Shown piece after piece: positions 1-9,725 of a stretch of DNA of 64,000 nt. The notes under the pieces were generated by a model. It did no database searches. It was not told the origin of the DNA and saw only the letters and a program-made list of their open reading frames with translations. Position 1 is the stretch's first letter. Each line of letters opens with the position of its first letter. Source of the DNA: Thermoleophilaceae bacterium. Its GTDB lineage: Bacteria; Actinomycetota; Thermoleophilia; Solirubrobacterales; Thermoleophilaceae. Made by a program: the position numbers and the translations under genes. The stretch spans positions 23,710 to 87,709 of the forward strand of contig JAUJNT010000005.1 in assembly GCA_030448005.1 (NCBI GenBank), written 5' to 3'.

Positions 1-1088
1 CGGTCCGCGACAGCAAGCTCATCGAGCGCGCGAGCGAGATGGCGGTGGTCATTGCCCTCTTCGCCACCGGCCTGAAGCTCGACCGTGAGCTCTCCGCCGT
101 CGGCTGGAGGCATGTCGGGCGGCTGCTGCTCGTGGCCATGCCCCTCACGATCGCCACGGTGGCCCTCTTCGGCACGCTGGTCATGGGGCTCTCGCTCGGA
201 GCGGCGATCGTGCTTGGGGCGGTCCTCGCTCCCACCGATCCGGTGCTGGCCGGCGACGTCGGAGTGGGACCCCCCGGAGAGGAGGATGAGAGCGAGCCGA
301 ACTTCGCGGTCACCGGTGAGGCGGGCCTGAACGACGGGCTTGCCTTCCCGTTCGTCTTTCTCGGCCTGTTCGTGGCCCAGGAGGGGGGCACCGACTGGCT
401 GAGCGAGTGGCTGGGGGCCGACGTGCTCTACGCCGTGGCGGTGGGGGTCGGAATCGGTGTGGTTTCCGGGTACTCGATCGCCGCTGGGGCGGTGTGGTTG
501 CGTGACCGCGACCTGCTCGCCCCCGACCTCGACGGGTGGCTTGCGATCGCGGCGGTGCTCACGATCTACGGCCTCACGGAGGTAGCGGGCGCCTATGGGT
601 TCCTCGCCGCGTTCGCGGGCGGCCTGGCGTTCCGCCGCTATGAGCACGACCACGAGTACAACCGGCGCGTGCACGACGGCGCCGAGATAGTGGAGAAGTT
701 CTCAGAGCTCGCCCTCATCCTCCTGCTCGGCAGCATGGTCACCGTCACCGCGCTGGACGAGCCGGGCGTGGCTGGCTGGCTCCTCGTGCCCTTCCTGCTG
801 TTGCTCGTGCGCCCCCTGTCGGTCTCAGCGGCCCTGCTCGGCAGTGGCATGGCGCGGTCAGAGCGATCCTTCCTGCGCTGGTTCGGCGTGCGGGGTATCG
901 GCTCCCTCTACTACGCGGCGGTCGTGGTGACCGCGGGAGTGCTCCGGCCGGAGGAGTCCTCGACCATCTTCTGGACGACCGCCGCGTGCGTGATCGCCTC
1001 GGTGGTCATCCACGGCGTGACCGCCGATCCTCTCGCGCGGCGGTGGCTGGCGCCGGTCTACGAGGGCGCCGACGGCAGGGAAACCTGA
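1..1088 (+). CDS. Cation:proton antiporter (Na+/H+ exchanger, CPA1-like), 5'-partial at window edge
   Basis: ORF 39..1088 stays open in frame back to nt 3. Multi-pass hydrophobic protein with exchanger-type motifs (LFATGLKLD, APTDPVLAG). Confidence 0.8.
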   Translation, partial: VRDSKLIERASEMAVVIALFATGLKLDRELSAVGWRHVGRLLLVAMPLTIATVALFGTLVMGLSLGAAIVLGAVLAPTDPVLAGDVGVGPPGEEDESEPNFAVTGEAGLNDGLAFPFVFLGLFVAQEGGTDWLSEWLGADVLYAVAVGVGIGVVSGYSIAAGAVWLRDRDLLAPDLDGWLAIAAVLTIYGLTEVAGAYGFLAAFAGGLAFRRYEHDHEYNRRVHDGAEIVEKFSELALILLLGSMVTVTALDEPGVAGWLLVPFLLLLVRPLSVSAALLGSGMARSERSFLRWFGVRGIGSLYYAAVVVTAGVLRPEESSTIFWTTAACVIASVVIHGVTADPLARRWLAPVYEGADGRET

Positions 1089-1250
1089 GCCAGTCGTAGG
1101 TCCGTTGGCGCAGGCCGAGGTGCCGACACGCCGGAAGCTCTAACGCGCTCCGCCTCACACCAGCCCCACGACGGCGCCGGGGCGCCCCGGTCGCCGCCTC
1201 TTTCCGCGCTAGCGCGTTCCTCCTCGGTGGAGGGCCTTGTCAAGTCGCGG

Positions 1251-2456
1251 TCAGGCGGCCGCGGCGCCCGCCTGGTCGGGGTCCGTTCGCACAAGCCGCC
1301 GTAGCAGCGGCGGCGCGGCCAGCGTAGTGAGGATCGACATCCCCACGATGACCGCGAAGAGCTCGTCGTCGATCACTCCGGCGGTTCGCCCGATCCCGGC
1401 GACGATGATCCCCACCTCCCCCCGCGGGACCATGCCGACTCCCACCACGAGCGCTTCCCTGCGGCCGAGCGCGCGAGCTCCGAGCCAGGCCCCCAGGAAC
1501 TTCGTCATCGCCGCCAGTACCGTGACGGCTGCCAGCAGGAGGAGCGCATCGGCGTCTGCGAGAGCACCGAGGTCGACCTCGGTGCCGATGAACACGAAGA
1601 AGAACGGCGGGAAGAACGCGTAGAGCGGGGCGATCTCCTCCTCGATCGGATGCTGCTCCTTGGTCTCGGCCACCATCATCCCGGCCAGAAAGGCGCCGAT
1701 GATGGCGGCAAGGCCGATCTGGGCGGCGAAGGCGGCGAGCCCGAGGCAGATGATCACCGCCGGCAGGAGAGGGGACTCCGAGAAGCGAGGCGCGTGCAGG
1801 ATCTGGGGCCGGCGCTCCATGAGCTTGGTGCCGCCGACCGCGAAGAACCCCACGAAGGCGAGCGCAAGCGCGATCACCCCCGCGATCCCCGCGACGTCAA
1901 CGCCTCCACCGGCGGCGAGCCCTACGGCCACCGCCAGCAGGATCATGGCGAGGATGTCGTCCACCACGGCGGCCCCCAGGACGGTGCGGGCCGCCCGCGT
2001 GCGCAGCACGTCGAGCTCTATCAGGACCGCGGAGGTGATGCCCACGCTCGTGGCCACCAGCGCCGCCGCGATGAAGATGCTCGTGGCGGGCTCGTCACCG
2101 CGCAGCGCGCCGAGGGCATAGCCGCCGGCGAAAGGCAGGATCACGCCGAGCACCCCCACCGTCAGCGCCGAGCGGCCGACCTCGCGCAGCTCGCTGATGC
2201 GGGTCTCCAAGCCGACCCAGAAGAGCAGGAACACCACACCGAGCTCGGCAAACACCTCGAGCACCTCCCCCGGCTCCACGATTCCGAGGGCGGACGGACC
2301 CACGATAACCCCGGCCAGGATCTCTCCCACGATCGCCGGCTGCCCGATCCGCTTGAAGAGCTCGTCGCCGAGCTTGGCGGCGAGCAGCACCACGAAGAGG
2401 TCGGTGAGCACTCCGGCCACCTCGACGGAGGCGGCTATCGGCAGCGCATCGGTCAA
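1251..2456 (-). CDS. Cation:proton antiporter, CPA2 family (Kef/NapA-like)
   Basis: 401-aa ORF. N-terminus LAAKLGDELFKRIGQPAIVGEILAGVIVGPSALG is typical of CPA2 exchangers, with about 12 hydrophobic segments. TTG start overlaps the stop of the upstream CBS gene (TTGA). Confidence 0.85.
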   Translation of the reverse strand: MTDALPIAASVEVAGVLTDLFVVLLAAKLGDELFKRIGQPAIVGEILAGVIVGPSALGIVEPGEVLEVFAELGVVFLLFWVGLETRISELREVGRSALTVGVLGVILPFAGGYALGALRGDEPATSIFIAAALVATSVGITSAVLIELDVLRTRAARTVLGAAVVDDILAMILLAVAVGLAAGGGVDVAGIAGVIALALAFVGFFAVGGTKLMERRPQILHAPRFSESPLLPAVIICLGLAAFAAQIGLAAIIGAFLAGMMVAETKEQHPIEEEIAPLYAFFPPFFFVFIGTEVDLGALADADALLLLAAVTVLAAMTKFLGAWLGARALGRREALVVGVGMVPRGEVGIIVAGIGRTAGVIDDELFAVIVGMSILTTLAAPPLLRRLVRTDPDQAGAAAA

Positions 2457-2920
2457 GGGGCTGCGTCGAGAACGAGCTCGGCCAGGCGCCGGAAGAAGTC
2501 ATGACGGGTGATCACGCCGACCACCCTGCCGTCCTCGCAGACGGGTAGCACGAGGCTTCGGTGATGAAGGAAGGTCTCGGCGATCTGGCTGTCGGAGGCG
2601 TCGCTGGGCACTTCCACGTGCTCGGTGAACATGTGGCGGGATATGGGCTCGGACGCGCAGCCCGCCCGCTTCTCGAGCGCCTCGTCGAGGCTCTTGCGCA
2701 CGAAGCTCGCCGAGCGCAGCTGACCGAAGTAGCCCGGAAAGAGCGCCTCCATGAACTCTCCCTCGCCGAACACTCCGGCCAGCCCGCCGTCGTGCTTGAC
2801 CACGGGCACGGCGGGCAGCCCGCTGTCGGCCATCGCCTGCACGGCCGCTCGGATCGGATCGTCGACGTGTACCTGCGGGGCATCCCGGACCAGCGATTGC
2901 GTGATGCTTCGTGGGCTCAA
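2453..2920 (-). CDS. CBS domain-pair protein, likely regulatory partner of the CPA2 antiporter
   Basis: 155-aa ORF with two CBS-like repeats (AAVQAMADSGLPAVPVV; ETFLHHRSLVLPVCEDGRVVGVITRHD). Overlaps the downstream antiporter by 4 nt. TTG start, no clear SD. Confidence 0.75.
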   Translation of the reverse strand: MSPRSITQSLVRDAPQVHVDDPIRAAVQAMADSGLPAVPVVKHDGGLAGVFGEGEFMEALFPGYFGQLRSASFVRKSLDEALEKRAGCASEPISRHMFTEHVEVPSDASDSQIAETFLHHRSLVLPVCEDGRVVGVITRHDFFRRLAELVLDAAP

Positions 2921-2938
2921 GGGGTCGCTTTCGGGGAG

Positions 2939-3011
2939 AGATTTGGCAAGGATGCCGAATCTCTCGCATCATCTACGGAAGATTTGGCAAGGATGCCGAA
3001 TCTCTCGCATC
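2939..3011. repeat. Two identical 32-nt copies (AGATTTGGCAAGGATGCCGAATCTCTCGCATC) with 41-nt period, each containing a 9-bp imperfect palindrome
   Basis: Copies at 2939-2970 and 2980-3011 are identical. The core GATTTGGCA-AGGA-TGCCGAATC is an inverted repeat. It lies in the 115-nt gap between the permease stop (3036) and the CBS start (2920). Confidence 0.9.
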
Positions 3012-3035
3012 GTCTCGGATTCAGCATGGATGTCC

Positions 3036-4292
3036 TTAGAGGTAGCGCAGCGCGATGTAGGCGGTGGCGAGGGTCATCGAGATCAGGGTGGCCGGCACGC
3101 CCGCCCTCAGGAAGGTCATGAACGTGATCGGGGTGCCGGCCTTGGAGGCCATGCCGGCCGCGGCCACGTTTGCCGCCGCCGCGATCAGCGTGAAGTTGCC
3201 GCCGAAGCAGGCTCCGAGTGCCAGCGCCCACCAGTAGGCGTCGTCGCCCGCATTGCCCGCCTGAAGCTCCCGGACCACCGGCACCATCGTGGCGGTGAAG
3301 GGGATGTTGTCCACCACCCCCGAACCGATCGCCGCGATCCAGGTGATCCCGAGCAGCTCGGCGGTACGGTCGCCGTCGGTGAGGTTTCCGATCCCGTGGG
3401 CCACCTCCTCGATCGCGCCCGTCTCCTCGAGCGCACCGACCATCACGAACAGGCCGAGGAAGAAGAAGAGCGTCGGCCACTCGATGCCCGACAACGTCTC
3501 CTCGAGCTGCTGGCGGCTCACCATCAGCATCACGGTGGCGCCCGCGAGCGCCACCGTGGCGGGCTCGAGCCCGACGGCCTTGTGGACGAAGAAGAGCAGG
3601 ATCGTGCCCACGAGGATCGGCACCGTGCGGCGCAGCTCGTCGTGATCCTCGATGGCGCCGGCGGCGTCGAGCTCCATAACGCGCTGCCTAGCCTCGGGCG
3701 CGACCTGCAGTTTCGAGCGGTAGGCCAGGTAGAGCACCGCGGTGACGACGGCGAACGCCACGGCGGCGATCGGGCCCAGGTTCGTGATGAACGCCATGAA
3801 CGAGAGGTCGGTGGCGCCGGCGATGATGATGTTGGGCGGATCGCCGATGAGCGTGGCGGTGCCACCGATGTTGGACACGATGATCTCGATGATCACGAGC
3901 GGGATCGGGTCGATGTCGAGGGCGTCGGCGAGCAGGAAGGTGATCGGCACCACGAGCAGCACCGTCGTGAGGTTGTCGAGGAACGCCGACAGGACTGCCG
4001 TCGTCCCCGCCAGGGACATCACCACCGCGAGCGGCCGCCCGCGGGACAGCTGGCCGGCCCGGATCGCCAGATAGGTGTAGACACCGGTCGTTTCGGTCAG
4101 CTTGACCATCAGCATCATCCCGGCCAGCAGGCCGATCGTGTTGAAGTCGATCGCCTCGATCGCCTGTTCCTGCTCGATCGTCTGGCTGACCACCACGAGG
4201 CCGGCGCCCAGCAGTGCGATCTTCGTGCGGTGCACCCACTCCGTGGCGATCAGCACGAGTGCCACCGCGAAGATCCCGACCGCGAGTGCCAT
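3036..4292 (-). CDS. ArsB/NhaD-superfamily (SLC13-like) ion permease
   Basis: 418-aa polytopic ORF. Motifs NIGGTATLIGDPPNIII and FGGNFTLIAAAANV are typical of the ArsB/NhaD/citrate-transporter-like fold. Confidence 0.8.
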   Translation of the reverse strand: MALAVGIFAVALVLIATEWVHRTKIALLGAGLVVVSQTIEQEQAIEAIDFNTIGLLAGMMLMVKLTETTGVYTYLAIRAGQLSRGRPLAVVMSLAGTTAVLSAFLDNLTTVLLVVPITFLLADALDIDPIPLVIIEIIVSNIGGTATLIGDPPNIIIAGATDLSFMAFITNLGPIAAVAFAVVTAVLYLAYRSKLQVAPEARQRVMELDAAGAIEDHDELRRTVPILVGTILLFFVHKAVGLEPATVALAGATVMLMVSRQQLEETLSGIEWPTLFFFLGLFVMVGALEETGAIEEVAHGIGNLTDGDRTAELLGITWIAAIGSGVVDNIPFTATMVPVVRELQAGNAGDDAYWWALALGACFGGNFTLIAAAANVAAAGMASKAGTPITFMTFLRAGVPATLISMTLATAYIALRYL

Positions 4293-4448
4293 CAGGGGCA
4301 GTGGATGTCGGAGGGGCCCTGAGCGATGGCCCGCACGGTAGCCACCCAGCGCGTGGAGGGGCCGGCACGGATCCTAGGCCGGCCGCCGCCGCGAGATTCC
4401 GACCGGGCTGGGCTGCGCGCCCGCGGCCCTCTGTAGCTTTGCGCCCCC

Positions 4449-6320
4449 ATGGCCGAACGCCGCCCCAAGGACGCCGGGCTCGAACGGGTACTCGGCACCG
4501 GCGCCCTGTTCGCCACGGCCTACGGCAACGTGGGCAGCTCGATCTACTACGCGCTCGGCCTGGTGGCGGTGTTCGCGCTCGGCATGACGCCCGTGGTGTT
4601 CCTGATCGCGGGCGTGATCTTCATCTGCACGGCCGCGACCTACACCGAGGCCACCACGATGTTCCCCGAGGCCGGGGGCTCTTCCTCGTTTGCCCGCCGT
4701 GCATTCAACGAGCTGTGGTCGGCGCTGACCGCCTGGGGGCAGATGCTCAACTACATCATCACCGTCGCGATATCGGCGTTCTTCCTGCCCCACTACCTCG
4801 GGATCATCTGGGAGCCGCTGCTCCACGCGCCCGGAGACATCCTGGTCGGAATCGGGGTGGTGGTCTTCCTCGCCGTCATCAACGTGTTCGGCGCCAAGGA
4901 GGCGGCCGGCCTGAACGTGTTCCTGGCTGTCGCCGACTTCGTCACGCAGGTGCTGCTGGTGCTGCTCGGCTTCCTGCTCGTGCTCTCGCCGGAGACGCTC
5001 GTGCAGAACGTGGACTTCGGGGTGGCCCCGAGGGTCACCGACTTCCTCATCGCCATCCCCGTGGGCATGGTGGCCTTCACGGGCATCGACACGATCTCCA
5101 ACATGGCCGAGGAGGCGCGCGACTACGGCGAGACGATCCCGCGCGCCATGAACGGGGTCGTCGTGGCGGTCATGACGATCTCGCTCACCCTGCCGGCGGT
5201 TGCGCTCTCGGCCATGCCTGTCGAGGATGGGCGGACCCTGCTCGCGCTGGGCCCGGAGGAGGGGGGCTTCGCTGACAACCCGATCCTGGGGATCGTGAAG
5301 AACCTGGGTCTCGGCGGCTTCCAGCCGGTGCTCGAGGTCTACGTCGGCCTGCTGGCGGCCACGATCCTGCTGGTGGCAACGAACGCGGGCCTGATCGGCC
5401 TCTCGAGACTGAGCTATTCGATGGGCCAGTACCGCCAGCTTCCCACGCGTCTGCGCCAGCTGCACCCGCGCTATCGCACCCCCTACGTGGCGATCATCGT
5501 GTTCGGGTTCATCGCATGCCTGACCATGCTCCCCGGGCAGGCACAGTTCCTCGGCACCATTTATGCGTTCGGAGCGATGCTCGCGTTCACCGTCGCGCAC
5601 GCCTCGGTGATCGCCCTGCGGATCAAGGAGCCCGAACGGGAGCGCCCGTACCGCGGTCGAGGCAACGTGACCGTGCGAGGAGTCGAGCTTCCGTCGACAG
5701 CGGTGGTGGGGGGCCTCGGCACCGGCTCCGCCTTCATCGCAGTGACGGTGCTCAACCTCGAGACGCTGATTGCCGGCACGGTGTGGCTACTGATGGGAAT
5801 GGGGACGTATGTCGTCTACCGGCGGCGCCAGGGCCTGAGCCTCACCGAGACGCGCAAGATCGTCGCGCCCGCACCGATCGTCGAGCACGAGGTGGAATAC
5901 GAGTCCGTGCTGGTGGCGTTCGAGGACGGGCGCTACTCCGCGGAGGCGGTGAACACCGCTGTCAAGCTCGCCGCCCGCAGGCGGCGTGGCATCCACGTGC
6001 TCGTGACGATCACGGTGCCGGCAAACGCGCCCATCGATGCGGTCATGCCGGGAGCGGAGGCCAAGGCACAGGCGGCGATCGACTTGGCGCGGTTGAGGGG
6101 CAGGCGGAGCGTGAGCGGCCACTTCGAAAAGGTGCGTGCAGGCGAGGCCGGTCGTCGAATCGTGCTCGAGGCGCAGGAGATCCAGGCCGCAGCAGTGGTG
6201 ATGGCACTGCCTCCGCGCCGTACCGGGTCCTCGGTTTTTGGCAGGACGCTGGAGACGGTGCTCTCCGAGCGCCCCTGCAGGGTGATAATCGACTCGTCCC
6301 GGGACCTGCAGGAGGCTTGA
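4449..6320 (+). CDS. APC-family amino-acid/polyamine permease fused to a C-terminal universal stress protein (USP) domain
   Basis: 623 aa. The N-terminal 12-TM region has FATAYGNVGSSIYYALG. The C-terminal ~150 aa (YESVLVAFEDGRYS...PCRVIIDS) looks like USP. Confidence 0.85.
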   Translation: MAERRPKDAGLERVLGTGALFATAYGNVGSSIYYALGLVAVFALGMTPVVFLIAGVIFICTAATYTEATTMFPEAGGSSSFARRAFNELWSALTAWGQMLNYIITVAISAFFLPHYLGIIWEPLLHAPGDILVGIGVVVFLAVINVFGAKEAAGLNVFLAVADFVTQVLLVLLGFLLVLSPETLVQNVDFGVAPRVTDFLIAIPVGMVAFTGIDTISNMAEEARDYGETIPRAMNGVVVAVMTISLTLPAVALSAMPVEDGRTLLALGPEEGGFADNPILGIVKNLGLGGFQPVLEVYVGLLAATILLVATNAGLIGLSRLSYSMGQYRQLPTRLRQLHPRYRTPYVAIIVFGFIACLTMLPGQAQFLGTIYAFGAMLAFTVAHASVIALRIKEPERERPYRGRGNVTVRGVELPSTAVVGGLGTGSAFIAVTVLNLETLIAGTVWLLMGMGTYVVYRRRQGLSLTETRKIVAPAPIVEHEVEYESVLVAFEDGRYSAEAVNTAVKLAARRRRGIHVLVTITVPANAPIDAVMPGAEAKAQAAIDLARLRGRRSVSGHFEKVRAGEAGRRIVLEAQEIQAAAVVMALPPRRTGSSVFGRTLETVLSERPCRVIIDSSRDLQEA

Positions 6321-6330
6321 GCGGCAAGGG

Positions 6331-6561
6331 TTGCGGTCGCGGCGCCGCACTAGGATCGTCGTCGTGGAACGTGCCTACCTCGCCGGCTCGCGAGCGCTCA
6401 GCATGGTCCTGTGCGTGGTCGGAGCGTTGCTAGTGGTGGTGACGCTTCTGCGCGGCGGGGGGCCGCTGGCTCTCGGCGTCGTCGTGGGCGTCCTCTTCGG
6501 CGCGCTCGGGTTGGCGCGCCTGCGCTTGGCGCGCCAGCTGTCCCCGGACCGGCGCGCGTGA
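6331..6561 (+). CDS. Hypothetical small two-TM membrane protein
   Basis: 76-aa ORF between the two APC genes with two hydrophobic stretches. Start uncertain; no recognisable motif. Confidence 0.35.
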   Translation: MRSRRRTRIVVVERAYLAGSRALSMVLCVVGALLVVVTLLRGGGPLALGVVVGVLFGALGLARLRLARQLSPDRRA

Positions 6562-6590
6562 GCCGGCGCAAGGACCCCGGTGGAGGGAGG

Positions 6591-8567
6591 GTGCGCGGAA
6601 CGCTGCGACGCGGTGGCGTCGAGGCCGAGGCCCGCATCGCGCGCTCTCTCGGTGAACCGGCCCTGTTCGCCGTTGGCCTCAGCGCCGCCGGGGCATCGAT
6701 CTACTTTGCGCTGGGCGTTGTTGCTGACAGGGCGCTCGGACTCACGCCGCTGGTGTTCCTCATCGCCGCGGTCTTCTTCGTGGTCACCATGCTCACCTAC
6801 GTCGAGGGGAACTCGCTGCACCCAGAGCGTGGCGGCGCCTCGGTGTTCGCCCGCTACGCCTTCAACGAGCTGTGGAGCTTCATCGCCGGCTGGGCGATCC
6901 TGCTCGACTACCTGATCGTGATGGCGGTAGGGGCCTTCGCCGTCTCGCACTACCTGGCGGCGTTCTGGGGGGAGGCCGGCGAGCCGGGGATGGAGATAGC
7001 GATCGCGGGCCTGACGATCGCCTACGTCGCCTGGGTCAACATCCGCGGGATCACGGCGGAGCGCTATCCGTTCCTCCTGCGCCTGTCGGTCGTGAGCGTC
7101 GCGTTGTTCGCGGCCATCCTCGCGGTGGGGAGCGTGCAGCTGTTCGACGTCTCGCTCCTGACCGATTCCATCGAGCTCGGCCAGGCGCCGCGGTGGGACG
7201 ACATGATCTTCGCCACGGTGATCGCCGGGGTCGCCCTCACCGGCATCGAGGCCGCGTCGGGGCTCGCGGGCGACCTGCGCGTCGGGCGCCGGGGGCTGCG
7301 GCGGGTGGTCAGGCTCTCGGGCGCGGGGGTGCTCGTCCTCTTCGTCGGATTGTCGGCGGTCGCCCTGATGGCGGTGCCCGTCCAGAACGGCTCGACTGAG
7401 CTGGGCGGCAGGCTGATCGAGGCACCGGTGCTCGGCGTGGTCTCGGCCTTCGAGCCGGGGTGGCTGGCGGAGGCCTTCCGCTACGTCGTCGGGGCCGTCG
7501 GCGCGCTGGTCCTCGTTCAGGCAGTCAGCGGGCAGATGCTCGGGTTGGGCCGGCTCACGTACTCCCTCGGGGTCAACCGCCAGATACCCAGCGGCCTGTC
7601 GCGCCTGCACGAGGAGCGCTCGACGCCGTACGTCACGATCACGATCGCAGCCGTCCTGGCCTTCGCCCTCGCCTGGGCCGGCGACGTCAAGTTCCTGACC
7701 GGCCTGTTCGCCTTCGGCGCGATGCTGGCGTTCACGATCGCGCACCTGGCGGTGATCGTCCTGCGCTTTCGCGAGCCCGAGGGGCCACGTACCTTCACGA
7801 TCCCGCTCAGCGTGCGCGTCGGAAGTGGCTCGGTGCCCCTACCGGCGGCACTGGGCGCGGCCCTCGGCGCGACCGCTTGGATAAGTGTCGTGATCCTCCA
7901 CGAGGGCGCCCGGCTGGCGGGTGGCGCCTGGATGCTGTTGGGGATCGCTCTGTACGTGGGGTATCGAGCCGGACAGGGCAGGTCGCTCACCAAGCGTTTC
8001 ACGATCCCGGCCGAGGCGCTGAAGGAGCCCAAGGAAACCGAGTACGGCAGCATCCTCGTGCCGGTCTCCGGGGACGTGCTCGATGACGACATCGTGGGCA
8101 CGGCGGGCCGCCTGGCGGCTGAAGAGGCGAAGGAAGGCGAGGGTGGCACGGTGCTCGAGGTGCTCTACGTGTTCGAGGTGCCGCTGTCGCTGCCCCTGGA
8201 CGCCCGGGTGCAGCCCGAGCGTGTGGCCGAGGCCAGGCGGGTGCTGGCGCGCGCAAAGGAGGTGGGGGAGGAGTACGAGGGCGTGGAGGTGGCCACGGCG
8301 ATGGTGCGCGGCCGCACGGTCGGCGCCGCAATCGTGTCGGAGGCACGCAGGCGGGGAGTGGAGGCAATCGTGCTCGCCGCCGAGGAGCCGAGCCGCGTCC
8401 GGGGCGGACCCGTCCTCGGGGGCTTGACGAGAGGGCGCGACCGGTTTGCGGGGGATACCACCCGCTATGTGATCGAGAAGGCCCCATGCAAGGTCATCCT
8501 GACGGCGCCTCCCGCGGGGCAGACCACGCGGGACGGCCACACGGACGTGCCGGCCCCGGTGGGCTGA
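6591..8567 (+). CDS. APC-family permease with C-terminal USP domain (paralog of 4449..6320)
   Basis: ORF 6411..8567. I place the start at GTG 6591, directly after GGAGGGAGG. Has GASIYFALG and a USP-like tail (YGSILVPVSGDVLDD...PCKVILTA). Confidence 0.85.
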   Translation: MRGTLRRGGVEAEARIARSLGEPALFAVGLSAAGASIYFALGVVADRALGLTPLVFLIAAVFFVVTMLTYVEGNSLHPERGGASVFARYAFNELWSFIAGWAILLDYLIVMAVGAFAVSHYLAAFWGEAGEPGMEIAIAGLTIAYVAWVNIRGITAERYPFLLRLSVVSVALFAAILAVGSVQLFDVSLLTDSIELGQAPRWDDMIFATVIAGVALTGIEAASGLAGDLRVGRRGLRRVVRLSGAGVLVLFVGLSAVALMAVPVQNGSTELGGRLIEAPVLGVVSAFEPGWLAEAFRYVVGAVGALVLVQAVSGQMLGLGRLTYSLGVNRQIPSGLSRLHEERSTPYVTITIAAVLAFALAWAGDVKFLTGLFAFGAMLAFTIAHLAVIVLRFREPEGPRTFTIPLSVRVGSGSVPLPAALGAALGATAWISVVILHEGARLAGGAWMLLGIALYVGYRAGQGRSLTKRFTIPAEALKEPKETEYGSILVPVSGDVLDDDIVGTAGRLAAEEAKEGEGGTVLEVLYVFEVPLSLPLDARVQPERVAEARRVLARAKEVGEEYEGVEVATAMVRGRTVGAAIVSEARRRGVEAIVLAAEEPSRVRGGPVLGGLTRGRDRFAGDTTRYVIEKAPCKVILTAPPAGQTTRDGHTDVPAPVG

Positions 8568-8609
8568 GCGCCCCGCCAGGCCACCACCCGTCGCTATTGT
8601 GCGCTCGTC

Positions 8610-9056
8610 ATGTTCGTCCTGATCGTCGGTAGCGGCAGAGTGGGCTCGGCGGTCGCCAAGTCGATGCTCAGCGACGGGCACGAGGTATCCGTGCTCGACG
8701 AGAACCCTGAAGCGATCGCGCTGCTCAACCGCGGGCAGGATGAGAGCTGGGAGGACCTCGGCGGTTCCTTCACCGTGGGAACCGCGCTCGAGATCGACGC
8801 GCTGCTGGAGGCGGGCATCGACCGCGCCGACGCCTTCGTGGCCTCAACGAACGGGGACAACACCAATCTGGTGATCGCCCAGATAGCCCAACGGCGGTTC
8901 GAGGTCGACTGCGTGGTGGTGCGGGTGCTCGACCCGGGACGTGCAAGGTGGTATGCCGAGCAGGGCCTGCAGACGGTCTGCCCGACCCAGACGGCCATCG
9001 AATTGCTGGAAGCGGCAGTACGCGGCCACCTCGACGGCGACGGGATGGTGAGCTAG
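8610..9056 (+). CDS. TrkA-N (RCK, NAD-binding) domain protein, K+ transport gating subunit
   Basis: MFVLIVGSGRVGSAVA Rossmann GxGxxG at the N-terminus; 148 aa. Confidence 0.8.
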   Translation: MFVLIVGSGRVGSAVAKSMLSDGHEVSVLDENPEAIALLNRGQDESWEDLGGSFTVGTALEIDALLEAGIDRADAFVASTNGDNTNLVIAQIAQRRFEVDCVVVRVLDPGRARWYAEQGLQTVCPTQTAIELLEAAVRGHLDGDGMVS

Positions 9057-9725
9057 TTGTACGTGTTGATCGTCGGTGCCGGGAAGGTGGGCTGGAACCT
9101 CGCGCGCGAGCTGGTGGAGAAGGAGAACGAGGTCACCGTGATCGAGAGCAATCGCCGCCGCTACGAGGTGGTGGAGGAGGAGCTCGAGCACTCGATCCAG
9201 TACGGCGACGGCACGGAGCTGTGGGTGCTCGAGCGGGCGGGCATCGAGCGCGCCGACCTCGTGATCGCCGTGACGGGGGACGACGAGGACAACATCCTCA
9301 TCTGCCAGATGGCCAGCGAGAAGTACGGCGTCGAACGTGTGGTCGCCCGCTGCAACAACCCGCGCAACCTCCAGCACTTCGAGCTGCTGGGGGTCAAGCC
9401 GGCGGTGTCGGCCACGGACCTCATCCTGCGGCTGATCGAGCACGAGGTGCCCAAGTACGGCCTGGTCCATCTGCTCGACCTGAAGGAGGAGCGGCTCGAG
9501 ATCATCGAGATGGACGTCGGTGAGGGCGCCGCGGCCGACGGCGCGAAGGTCAAGGACCTCGGTCTCCCCAACGGGTCGCTCGTGATCTCGATCCTCAGGG
9601 ACCGCGGCGGGTTCGTGCCCACCGGGGAGTCGGTCATGCGCGCGGGCGACGAGGTGCTGCTGGTGCTGGACATCGGCCTCGAGGAGACCGTCACCCGGAG
9701 CTTCATCTCGCCCGTCAACGCGTGA
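9057..9725 (+). CDS. TrkA-type K+ uptake regulatory protein (TrkA-N + TrkA-C)
   Basis: YVLIVGAGKVGWNLARE GxGxxG plus a C-terminal RCK_C-like segment (EMDVGEGAAADGAKVKDLGLP). TTG start immediately after the preceding stop. Confidence 0.85.
   Translation: MYVLIVGAGKVGWNLARELVEKENEVTVIESNRRRYEVVEEELEHSIQYGDGTELWVLERAGIERADLVIAVTGDDEDNILICQMASEKYGVERVVARCNNPRNLQHFELLGVKPAVSATDLILRLIEHEVPKYGLVHLLDLKEERLEIIEMDVGEGAAADGAKVKDLGLPNGSLVISILRDRGGFVPTGESVMRAGDEVLLVLDIGLEETVTRSFISPVNA

Noticed and set aside
2939-3011. Sigma-54 promoter (TTGGCA...TGC) in the tandem boxes
   Set aside because: GG-to-GC spacing is 8 nt instead of the required ~11, and the orientation is opposite to both flanking genes.
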